A DNA stretch of 20,392 nucleotides from Raphidiopsis brookii D9 (GCA_000175855.1 ACYB01000023.1:1-20392); one strand, 5' to 3'; counted from the stretch's first letter, positions 1 to 8,041 are shown. The notes: a model not told the origin generated them from the sequence alone. Translations and numbers: made by a program.

Positions 1-90
1 GGCACCGAGGTTCCCGACGATTTTACTAGCCTTCCAGCCATTTTCCTTGACCTTCGGAATTTTTTCGTTATTCACTGATTTTATTGTCAT
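1..90 (-). CDS. hypothetical protein, 5' part only (gene runs off the left edge)
   Basis: A minus-strand ATG at 90..88 is followed by 30 sense codons (MTIKSVNNEKIPKVKENGWKASKIVGNLGA) up to the window edge. The upstream region is AT-rich. I recognise no motif. Confidence 0.2.
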   Translation of the reverse strand, partial: MTIKSVNNEKIPKVKENGWKASKIVGNLGA

Positions 91-511
91 ATTTATTTCT
101 CATTTTATCATTAGTTTAACTATAAAATTTATCAATAAATTATTCTAAAAGTATTTTATGCCGCTGCTTTATCTATTAACCCAATGATAAATCATAACAG
201 TAATAAAAAGCACAAACTTAATAATTTGTGCGATCGCACTCAACTTACCCTCATGCCCAACGCCCTCTAGCATCTCCGAAAAATTACCTTCACTTATTAT
301 AAACAATAGCTTATACTTTTTCAGTATGGTTCATCAGTCTTATGCACTTCTGGCACTTAGGGTACGATATGGAACTAGAGATATTCCTAAAAGGGAATAT
401 AATAGCTTTATTGATAGACTAAGAAGTCTAGCGTTACATAAGCAAGCTAGTTAAAAAAATTGGGAAGTGGGGACTTTCCAATTTGACATCAAAACCAAGA
501 GGGATAAAAAT

Positions 512-745
512 ATGGCGCGACCCGGTGGAAACCCTGAACTAAAAAAATATCAGTTTTCCTGTGAAGGAGAACCGAATAATGCTCAGTTACACATCTGGAT
601 TACTAAATCTCTGTTAGCTAGACTTAACAATAAATTTGGAGCTAATAGGAACAAGTGGATTAGAGAAACTCTCATAAAAACACTAGATGAGATTGATAAA
701 AATCCAAATAAAGAAGATTCTTATCCGGACAATAACCCTAGCTAG
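512..745 (+). CDS. small ribbon-helix-helix (CopG/Arc/MetJ-like) DNA-binding protein, putative
   Basis: The ORF-track ORF 467..745 starts at a GTG. An in-frame ATG at 512 has AGAGGG about 8 nt upstream, so I prefer 512. The segment LHIWITKSLLARLNNKFGANRNKWIRETLIKTL has the strand-helix-helix layout of RHH proteins. This is pattern-level evidence only. Confidence 0.45.
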   Translation: MARPGGNPELKKYQFSCEGEPNNAQLHIWITKSLLARLNNKFGANRNKWIRETLIKTLDEIDKNPNKEDSYPDNNPS

Positions 746-983
746 TGATAAATTTTGGGGTTATCTATTAGCTTTAAAAACCTCTTTTGCGCATGAAATC
801 CTCCCGATTAGTGAAACTTCACTAGGATGAGTTTCTCCAGCTGTTAGTATACATTTACCAAAAACAGTAATATTAATTTACAGCTGGATAAACTTTATCC
901 TTTGCTCCTTTGATAAACTATTCAGAAAGTTAGGTACTGGATAGGGTGATTGGGGAAATATTTTATCATTGCAGCAGGTATTG

Positions 984-2396
984 TCACAAATCATAATTAT
1001 GAATATATTTTTTCAGCTCTTCATGTACAGACGACATGAGACTTGCCTTTTCTAATGAGTTAAATTCCTGTTTGGTAATAAAGTTTAAACAACTGATAAT
1101 TTTATTTTGCCACTGGCTATAATCCTTAGCTTTCCATATTTCAAATACTTCTTGTTGTTCTTTTAAGCCTCTTAAATTATGAAATAGGTCATTTCTTTGT
1201 TTGGATGTATGATCTCTAAATATTCTTATATCTGGACTCGATTCCCAGTTTGGTAAAACTGAATCAATTAAATCACGAATATTTTTGTGTTCATAATATT
1301 GGGTATCTCTATCTCTTAATAAACCTTCAATAGCACGAAAACTATGAAATAAAGATTCTACATAGTCACCTTGCCTAAATCTGACTACAGCTAGGTAACC
1401 AGCTTCATAACCCATCCACCACCATTGCTGGGTCCGGTTTTTAGTTTCTTGATTGATGGCATTTATGGCTTTGCCAAAATCACCCAAATTAGTATTATTC
1501 CAATCAATGGCTATTGCCAGTAATTTTTCTATCAATTCTTTGGTTCTTGTTTTATTAGCTTCCAAAGACTGATTGTTAGATTGACTTTTCCAAAGGTGAT
1601 TTTTAAATATTTTTTCTACTCCATGGTAATCATATCTATCTAGTAGTTCTTTAGCTTCTTGTATTCTTAGTCCAATGAGATAGTTGGAGATCGGAACAGT
1701 AGTTATGTCTTTTTGATATTCATTACTGACTAAAAACTCGACCTGGGTTTCAAATTTGGCTAAGCTGGCAAACTGTACTGCTGAAGAAATGGCTGGGGTA
1801 CCTGCTTGGTGACTAACAAAAATTTTCTCTTTTTTATTGATGTTGTTAATATTTTGCTCAAATAATCTGTTTACTAATCTTAAACACTTATCCCAGTTAT
1901 CTATACCTTCACTGGGGGAGCTAGGTTCTATTTCTAGGTACTCAATTTCTCCTTTAAATTGGGAGAATTTTTCTTGAAAATATTTTTTAAAAATTGGTTT
2001 TAATTTACAGGTATCTTGCCAATAGGGACATTTAGGATCTTGTATTTCTTCTGAGGTAAAGACATTTTTTTGATTTGTTAGTATCATAATAATTCTCTCT
2101 ACACCTAAATTTTTATGGTTGTTTTGAGATTTTAAGTGTTCTGTAAAATTATCTAGGAGCGGAAATGATAAATCCTCAAAGTTATCATCTAGTTGATCTT
2201 CATATACTATTCCTAAAACTCTAGCAGCAGTGCTATAACCTGCATCTTGATTTCTAGGATCTATACGATTGAGAGATCCAAAATGCCAACAGTCTAATTT
2301 ATCTGCTTCTTGTGCTTGTTCATATAGTCTGGACCAACTATAATCCTCTTTGAGGATGACATCACTATTACCAGCTGTCACTATCCAAATAGTCAT
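984..2396 (-). CDS. csx1: CARF-HEPN ribonuclease, Csx1/Csm6 family (cyclic-oligoadenylate-responsive effector candidate)
   Basis: The 470-aa ORF has an AGGAG Shine-Dalgarno sequence before the ATG. The N-terminus MTIWIVTAGNSD and the later FVSHQAGTPAISSAVQFASL resemble the two signature strands/loops of CARF Rossmann domains. The C-terminal part carries RNDLFH (1179..1196), which fits the HEPN R-x4-6-H motif in the R-N-x3-H form typical of Csm6/Csx1. It is the last gene of the cmr operon. Confidence 0.75.
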   Translation of the reverse strand: MTIWIVTAGNSDVILKEDYSWSRLYEQAQEADKLDCWHFGSLNRIDPRNQDAGYSTAARVLGIVYEDQLDDNFEDLSFPLLDNFTEHLKSQNNHKNLGVERIIMILTNQKNVFTSEEIQDPKCPYWQDTCKLKPIFKKYFQEKFSQFKGEIEYLEIEPSSPSEGIDNWDKCLRLVNRLFEQNINNINKKEKIFVSHQAGTPAISSAVQFASLAKFETQVEFLVSNEYQKDITTVPISNYLIGLRIQEAKELLDRYDYHGVEKIFKNHLWKSQSNNQSLEANKTRTKELIEKLLAIAIDWNNTNLGDFGKAINAINQETKNRTQQWWWMGYEAGYLAVVRFRQGDYVESLFHSFRAIEGLLRDRDTQYYEHKNIRDLIDSVLPNWESSPDIRIFRDHTSKQRNDLFHNLRGLKEQQEVFEIWKAKDYSQWQNKIISCLNFITKQEFNSLEKASLMSSVHEELKKYIHNYDL

Positions 2397-2484
2397 TTTT
2401 TAACTCCTAAACTTTTCATTTTTGTTGATAAGAAAATCTCTCCCATTATGATCTTATCTTAAAAGGAGAGATACCTAATAGTTA

Positions 2485-4128
2485 TTAACCTCCCCATAAT
2501 TTGGTAAATTCGCTGTTTGGGGTGGCTAAAAAATCCAGAAATTGTCTGGTCCTATCATTTCCGTCTGGAAAAATTGTTAGTAACTCTACGTATTCTGATC
2601 CAACTCGACGAATGCTTCCCTCTTTTGTTTTTTTGTAATGGGGATACATACGATGATAAATTCTGCCAATATTACCCATTCTACCAGTTAAACTGGACCC
2701 TTTGATTGATTGTGATTGAGTGTTATTTTCAAGGTATGGACCGTGAAACCAACCCACGGCTAAACTATCATCTTCATCATCGGCTAAACGTCCCCAAATC
2801 TGCACATTCTGACGGTGAAAAGATTCTATCCAGGGACCCTTTTGATCAGTTATTTTTTTACCTCTAAAGGTTAACCAATCTCTGACACTCTGATGAACAT
2901 TATCAATGATATCTCTAACATGTTCAATCTTGTTAACAGGAAAATAATACTTAGAGGATTGCTCAGTAAATTCCCAGTGACAACCAATCATGGGTTTATT
3001 CTCTCTTTCTAAATATTCGGGGAAAAAGATTCTATGATCTACCCTACGCCAGGATTTACCAAAACCACCGATTAACAAAGTAAAGCGCAAAATTTTTGTC
3101 GCCAAAGATTTCAGTTTATTTCTATATTCGGTGGAATGATTTTTCATGGCAAGAATATTTAAAGTACCTCTCTTTAAATCATATATTGGCATGGCAACTC
3201 TATTATATCTAAACCTACCCATCTCCAATTCTTGAGCATGAAAAGCAATGCCTAAATCTCCCACAATTGCACCCCTAGCTCCTGCGAATCCTCCCCACAA
3301 TTCTTTGGTTAATTCTTCCGCTGTCCTCTCATCGGTGACTGCACTAAATAACCGCAGAGTATGACCACGTAAAGCTGCTTTAAACATGTTCGGGCGAAAT
3401 TCAGGGGTACCGTCTATATCTATTAATTTTGAAGCTAGACCTGTTCCCTTTAATTCCACACTGATTAATTGAGTTTCTGGATGATTGATAGTTTGACCAT
3501 AGCCAGCACTGACTCTGGAACCTATACCCTTTCCTATTGCTCTCTCCCAAATACTCCAAATAGTTGCCCACTCATCATCATCCAGTTGAATAGCACTGGA
3601 AATACCAAAGACTAACATTGGTTGATGGAGAGAAACTTGTAAAAAAGCAGAATGATTTCCATTATGTCTGACTTGCCATTCTTGTTGAGGATGAACTATG
3701 TCAATTAATGGTGCTTGAGACCAGTTTCTATCTGAAGGATATGCACCGTGAAAACGCAAAATCCCTGGTTGAGTGTCATTCGCCTTTTGGGCTCCACAAT
3801 ATCTCATAGCCTGTTCCTTGGTGCAACTTCTTAAAAATGCTCCTTTCATACTCGCACCGGGATAATAGGGGAAACCATTAGCACCAATTACAGGTCTGAT
3901 GATATCATCATCTTGTCCACTATTAGAAACAAAACGCCAAGAAATCTGGTATTCTCTGGTCTGAACATGATCACCAAATCTAGGTCGGTTTACGTTTACA
4001 GCTTCACTCCATTCGTTAACCCATCTTTCTGACTGTTGTGGTTCTTGGGCATATTGAATTTGTCCTCTTCCTTTAATTTGTGCTTGGAACATTAAAGGTA
4101 CTTCATTAGTATTCACCATCACTATCAC
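2485..4128 (-). CDS. cmr6: double-RAMP protein, Cmr6-like N-terminal half fused to Cmr1-like C-terminal half
   Basis: The ORF encodes 547 aa. The first RAMP unit has GFPYYPGASMKGAFLRS plus the G-rich loop GKGIGSRVSAGYGQ (aa ~85-212). The second unit has EFRPNMFKAALRGHTLRLF, ELWGGFAGARG and LLIGGFGKSWRR (aa ~220-370), followed by a Cmr1-length tail. It overlaps the cmr5 stop by 23 nt. The ATG at 4119 has a better-spaced AGAGGTGA and may be the true start. Confidence 0.6.
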   Translation of the reverse strand: MIVMVNTNEVPLMFQAQIKGRGQIQYAQEPQQSERWVNEWSEAVNVNRPRFGDHVQTREYQISWRFVSNSGQDDDIIRPVIGANGFPYYPGASMKGAFLRSCTKEQAMRYCGAQKANDTQPGILRFHGAYPSDRNWSQAPLIDIVHPQQEWQVRHNGNHSAFLQVSLHQPMLVFGISSAIQLDDDEWATIWSIWERAIGKGIGSRVSAGYGQTINHPETQLISVELKGTGLASKLIDIDGTPEFRPNMFKAALRGHTLRLFSAVTDERTAEELTKELWGGFAGARGAIVGDLGIAFHAQELEMGRFRYNRVAMPIYDLKRGTLNILAMKNHSTEYRNKLKSLATKILRFTLLIGGFGKSWRRVDHRIFFPEYLERENKPMIGCHWEFTEQSSKYYFPVNKIEHVRDIIDNVHQSVRDWLTFRGKKITDQKGPWIESFHRQNVQIWGRLADDEDDSLAVGWFHGPYLENNTQSQSIKGSSLTGRMGNIGRIYHRMYPHYKKTKEGSIRRVGSEYVELLTIFPDGNDRTRQFLDFLATPNSEFTKLWGG

Positions 4129-4531
4129 CTCTATTTTTATAACGTTGAGTCCACCAAACTAGACTGTCACAAAATTGGGTCAAAACTGCTAAACAAATCC
4201 GCTGATCTTCAATAGATAAACTCCACAATCTACTGGCATAATCCTGCACTACTCTAGTATTAGCTGTATCTACTTCTTCCTGAGGTAATTGGATACCTGC
4301 TGTTTTCATAATGTTTACGAAGGCTTTCCAAGTGGCTTGCCAATATTTACCTTTTTCTTTCTCATCATCATTTTTACCTAGCAGTCGCAACTGCTCACCC
4401 CAAAATCTTTCCAGTCCATAGGCTACGGTGCTACGCATTTTGTGGGATTGACCAATTACACCCTGTTTACCACGATAGAATAGAACTAATTTTTGGGCTT
4501 CTCGGTCCAGGTTATAAGACTTCCAACTCAT
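4106..4531 (-). CDS. cmr5: type III small subunit, Cmr5-like
   Basis: The 141-aa product is predicted to be all-helical and lacks a RAMP motif. An AGGAAG Shine-Dalgarno sequence precedes the start. It occupies the canonical cmr5 slot between cmr4 and cmr6. The assignment rests mainly on position and size. Confidence 0.5.
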   Translation of the reverse strand: MSWKSYNLDREAQKLVLFYRGKQGVIGQSHKMRSTVAYGLERFWGEQLRLLGKNDDEKEKGKYWQATWKAFVNIMKTAGIQLPQEEVDTANTRVVQDYASRLWSLSIEDQRICLAVLTQFCDSLVWWTQRYKNRGDSDGEY

Positions 4532-4555
4532 ATTTTACACTTCCTTTTTTTACAT

Positions 4556-5424
4556 TTAGTTAATATTTACTTGACCTTTGAGTGTCAATTCACAATGACC
4601 AAAACCTATGGACTCTAAACCCCCTAAATAAATGTCAGCTTTATCCCCACTCGCAAATGGTTGGAATTTTTGGTTTTTAGATTGGTCAGATTTGTCTTCT
4701 CTGATAGCTAGGGGAAATACTAAAATTGTCCCCTCTGGCAATGCTTCAGTATTGAAAAACCACCGCCTTCAACTACTTTTTGTTCTGATTTTAAACGGAC
4801 ACGACTTTGACGATATAATGCCATATCGTGAATCATTCCAATGTCTCCATCATTGACGATTACTGCTGGTCTTTCTTGCAGGTCAGGAAACCAGGGGGAT
4901 AAATTTTTGGTTGTGTTAATTTCTAGGAACCCGAGGTTAAAGAAGATGGTTTTTCTACCTCCTGGTGCTTGTTTGGCAATCAATTTCTCTCCACCTGTAT
5001 ATGGATCTGGTATGGGAATGTCTTTGAGGTATTTATCCTTACCCTCCTTTATTTGCACTTGAATACTATCTCCAGCTATGCGCTGATAGCGTTTCAATAA
5101 CCTTGGGGAACTTACCCAGACGATGGGTTGACCTGGACAGAAAACGGGAATCCAAATAATGGAAGCATATTCAAATTTGACGATAGATTCGTTATTACTA
5201 TCATCGTCTGCTCCATTTCCATACCAGTAATTAGCTTCTGATTCTCCTTTACTATTACGCATTTCAGCACGCAATCGACCGCGAATAGAACTACCGGGAA
5301 TAATTCCAGTTTGGGTAAATTGGTCGCGGAAAATTAGGTTTAAATTACCACTTTCTTCTCCTGCGGTAGCACCCACATGAAGCGGTGCTAGGGTTTCAAT
5401 AATACCATAGGCTTTTGTGTACAT
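4556..5424 (-). pseudogene. cmr4: Cmr4 (Cas7-family backbone RAMP); reading frame broken at a T5 run as sequenced
   Basis: ORF 4720..5424 begins MYTKAYGIIETLAPLHVGATAG...IIPGSSIRGRLR, a RAMP signature, and ends ...VVEGGGFSILKHCQRGQF*. The adjacent frame is open from just after GGG and reads FFNTEALPEGTILVFPLA...IYLGGLESIGFGHCELTL (ORF 4556..4741). That is the conserved Cmr4 C-terminus. One extra T in the T5 run (plus-strand A5 at 4755..4759) fuses both pieces into 289 aa, the normal Cmr4 size. Confidence 0.8.
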
Positions 5425-5425
5425 T

Positions 5426-6479
5426 TTAGTTAACTCCCTGAATTGTTATTGGTAAACACAAACCACAACCGACTTTTTTGAGACTGTAACCCTCTTCGGG
5501 AAACCATTTTTCATTCCATTCCCACCATGATTGATTAATTGGTTCTTTGAGGATGTAAACACTACCTGCGGGTACAGCATAACGTCCCCTCCCTAGGGTT
5601 CCCTGGGAACGAAACCGGTAGGGAACAGGTTTATCTGTGAGCATCTGCATCACCTGGGGGAATTGATGATTGTTGTTATGACCATGATTATCACCATGAT
5701 GGGGAATATCATGATCACTGTCATTGCTGTATAGAGGTTGACGTTGAGAAATCCGGTTAGAACCCCAAACTGCTGGTGTAATTAAGGCAAAACTTTTACT
5801 GATGGGTTGATGGAAAAGTTTGGTGATTTCCGCAGGTAGTTTTTTGGATTCTATTTGTACAATGTGATTTTCACCTCCAAATTTATACCACCCTGACTCT
5901 ATGGGGTAGGTGGATAAATAAATTAAACAAATGTCATCGGGAAGCTGAACTGAGTTTTCTAAAAACAGTCCATCTGTTTTTTCTACACATCTTTCTGCTG
6001 TTTGAATTTTGGGATGGAGAAAGGAAACAAATTTCCAGGGATTGGTGGCAACTGCGTCATTTTTGACTAGTTCTTGGCTGGATATTTGCCAGGACTTGAT
6101 CGTTTGCCATTGATAATCAGATTCTAGTTTTTCTTTGTTTTTTTTCCAAGTACCATTCTTCTTTTTCTACGCTCCATTCTCGAACTTCTTTTTGGGTGAT
6201 GATTTTATGTTTGGGTATGGGAACAAAAAAGTTATTTTTATCTTGAGATTTTGCCCAAAAAGGTCCTGCTACATACAGATTATCCCTTAATTCAGACTGG
6301 GATAATTTGTTTTTGACCTTGTTAATGCTAAACATAAGACCTGCTAAGGTAGAAGCATCGGGAGGAAATTTAGCACCAGAACGACCAACTAAATTTTCGG
6401 GGGATAAAAATGCCCCCGCACTCCCATACATAAATCCCAGAGGACTAATACTAATCAAGTATTTGAACATAAGTGCCAA
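5426..6479 (-). pseudogene. cmr3: Cmr3 (Cas5-family); reading frame broken at an A8 run as sequenced
   Basis: ORF 6117..6479 contains the Cmr3 N-terminal motif FKYLISISPLGFMYGSAGAFLSPENLVGRSGAKFPPDASTLAGLMFS. It stops 18 nt after an A8 run (plus-strand T8, 6138..6145). I hand-translated the next frame from ~6168 to 5426 and found no stops. It ends with LITPAVWG...GRGRYAVPAGSVYIL...GCGLCLP, a Cmr3-type C-terminus. Deleting one A gives a single 350-aa ORF. Confidence 0.75.
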
Positions 6480-8041
6480 CCTACTTTAACTAAATCTGTA
6501 ATCCAATCGACAATGGCTTTTGCTCTGTCTATTTCATTACTACCATCGGGATATCCCGACAGATGTTGGGCAAATTTATCCCGTTCTCTTTCGCTATCTT
6601 GAATTAATTTTTTACCTTCACCGGGAAAGTAAAGATCAAAAAATTCTAAGGCAGTTTGTTTGACAATTCGCGCTTCACTGGGGGTTTCAATGGTGAGCGC
6701 TCGTCGAGATTCTAAGTAGGCTAAGTCTTGATAAATATGACTCCAATTAGATTCTTGTTCTCGATCTCGATATTTGTCTAAAATATCTAAGTAATCCCAG
6801 GGACAGGTCCACTGAATGTATTGACCGCTATTAAATGCTACTCGAATGGTGACTCTATCTCTTCCTAGGGACTTAGCCGTTTTTTCAGCTTCTCGACAAT
6901 GTTGTAAAACATCTCTCTGGGGTACGCTACCAGCTACCCACACAAAACCTACACTTAGGGTAATTTTTTGTTCGTGTTTTTGCCATGTTTTTGGTAGATC
7001 TTGTAACCATTGGTAAGCTGTAGAGGGAGCAATTTTTTCCCTGGGATACTCATCACTATAAATGATTCCTAAAAAATCATCACCTCCAGCATAAACTACT
7101 CTACCTAATTTTTGTCTTAGGTTGAATTCATCATCAAATCTTTTACCCCATTTCCGCATGGCTTGACTAAAGTTTTTGATTTCATCGTCGGGATTTTCTC
7201 CACTGGCTAATTGCTGTAAATGAGCTCCTACTCTGTCGCCATCTCCCATAAACCATCCCGTCCACTGTCCCTTTGTGGTTTCTGTGGGTTTACGTTGAAT
7301 TTCTCTGAAACCTACATGCAGTGATTCTATACCAATTTTTTGTTGAATTGGTTTCCAGGTTACCAGACGTTTAACCAGTTCAGGAATACTCAGTTTTTCA
7401 TTCAGTGCAATAAATTTGCCTTCTGGATTTTCTTCTTCTTCATTTTCAGTGACTCTTGCTAGATGTTCATAAAATCCTCGAATTCCTTGGTCTTCCCATC
7501 CATAATTTAGATTTTTAGGATTGCGATGACTAGCACCTAATTCGGGAAAAGCAATACCATCAGTACCGGTTAAACTGGAACTTTCACCAATCCAATTGAT
7601 GGCACTCCAGTCACGGGACAATTTTTTTGTTTCTAAATTGTTCATAGCACCAGCAATGCTATCTCCCACCCCTCGGAATATTTCCCAAGTGTGAGAACCC
7701 CATAAATTCCATTCTCTTTCCCAGTAATAGGAATTTTGAATTTCAGTTTCTATCCACTCTCGACAAATTTTCAATACTTCTTTCCAGGCTGAAATTATAA
7801 TGTCTCTTGCTGTTTCTTGACTCATTTCTCCCCTCATTAAAATCCGGTTTGGCATTCCTTTTTGTAAGTTGGGAAGTGCAGGGGAGATCAGCTCCAGGTC
7901 TGTCTGTTGATTAACATAACTGGCTATTTTTTGACTTAAGTATGATAAAATCAAGGATGCACCGTATAGATCACGCAATTTTCGCGACTTTTCTATGAAT
8001 CCTTGTACAGGAGCAAAGGTGACGGCAGTGTATTTAGCCAT
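6455..8041 (-). CDS. cas10: Cas10/Cmr2, short form lacking the HD nuclease domain, GGDD cyclase motif intact
   Basis: The 528-aa product starts directly with MAKYTAVTFAPVQGFIEKSRKLRDLYGASLILSYL, the conserved start of the first palm-like domain. The palm-2 metal motif is WFMGDGDRVG and GGDD is in VVYAGGDDFLGI (7076..7087). I see no H-D dyad region and no CxxC...CxxC zinc-finger cluster. It is the first gene of the cmr operon and overlaps the cmr3 start by 25 nt. Confidence 0.85.
   Translation of the reverse strand: MAKYTAVTFAPVQGFIEKSRKLRDLYGASLILSYLSQKIASYVNQQTDLELISPALPNLQKGMPNRILMRGEMSQETARDIIISAWKEVLKICREWIETEIQNSYYWEREWNLWGSHTWEIFRGVGDSIAGAMNNLETKKLSRDWSAINWIGESSSLTGTDGIAFPELGASHRNPKNLNYGWEDQGIRGFYEHLARVTENEEEENPEGKFIALNEKLSIPELVKRLVTWKPIQQKIGIESLHVGFREIQRKPTETTKGQWTGWFMGDGDRVGAHLQQLASGENPDDEIKNFSQAMRKWGKRFDDEFNLRQKLGRVVYAGGDDFLGIIYSDEYPREKIAPSTAYQWLQDLPKTWQKHEQKITLSVGFVWVAGSVPQRDVLQHCREAEKTAKSLGRDRVTIRVAFNSGQYIQWTCPWDYLDILDKYRDREQESNWSHIYQDLAYLESRRALTIETPSEARIVKQTALEFFDLYFPGEGKKLIQDSERERDKFAQHLSGYPDGSNEIDRAKAIVDWITDLVKVGWHLCSNT

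Noticed and set aside
211-232. Hairpin GCACAAA-N8-TTTGTGC followed, on the minus strand, by TTTTTATTA, as an intrinsic terminator
   Set aside because: The stem is only 7 bp and AT-rich. It lies about 750 nt beyond the csx1 stop and across an opposing gene, so no transcript can plausibly be assigned to it.
326-454. 42-codon plus-strand ORF (MVHQSYALLALRVRYGTRDIPKREYNSFIDRLRSLALHKQAS) just upstream of the RHH gene, a possible toxin-antitoxin partner
   Set aside because: It is very short, has no Shine-Dalgarno sequence and no recognisable family. It cannot be supported from sequence alone.
795-817. The sequence ...AAATCCTCCCGATTAGTGAAAC resembles the 3' end (ATTGAAAC-type handle) of cyanobacterial type III repeats, and could be an orphan or degenerate CRISPR repeat
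   Set aside because: There is only one copy, with no second repeat at spacer distance. The GTGAAAC part is explained by the local palindrome TAGTGAAACTTCACTA. It is too weak to call.
2517-2705. 62-aa plus-strand ORF
   Set aside because: It lies entirely antisense within the conserved cmr6/cmr1 coding region, has low complexity, and has no start context.
4632-5062. Two plus-strand ORFs (74 and 73 aa)
   Set aside because: They are antisense to cmr4, whose own frame carries strong RAMP motifs. They are shadow ORFs.
6138-6145. Programmed ribosomal frameshifting at the A8 (cmr3) or T5 (cmr4) runs
   Set aside because: Restoring cmr3 needs a +1 shift and restoring cmr4 needs a -1 shift. Neither site forms a proper X-XXY-YYZ heptamer in the zero frame, and I saw no downstream stimulatory structure. 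A homopolymer indel or sequencing error is simpler. Transcriptional slippage at A8 is kept only as a remote possibility.
6307-6489. 60-aa plus-strand ORF
   Set aside because: It is antisense to the cmr3 N-terminus and the cas10 3' end. It is a shadow ORF.
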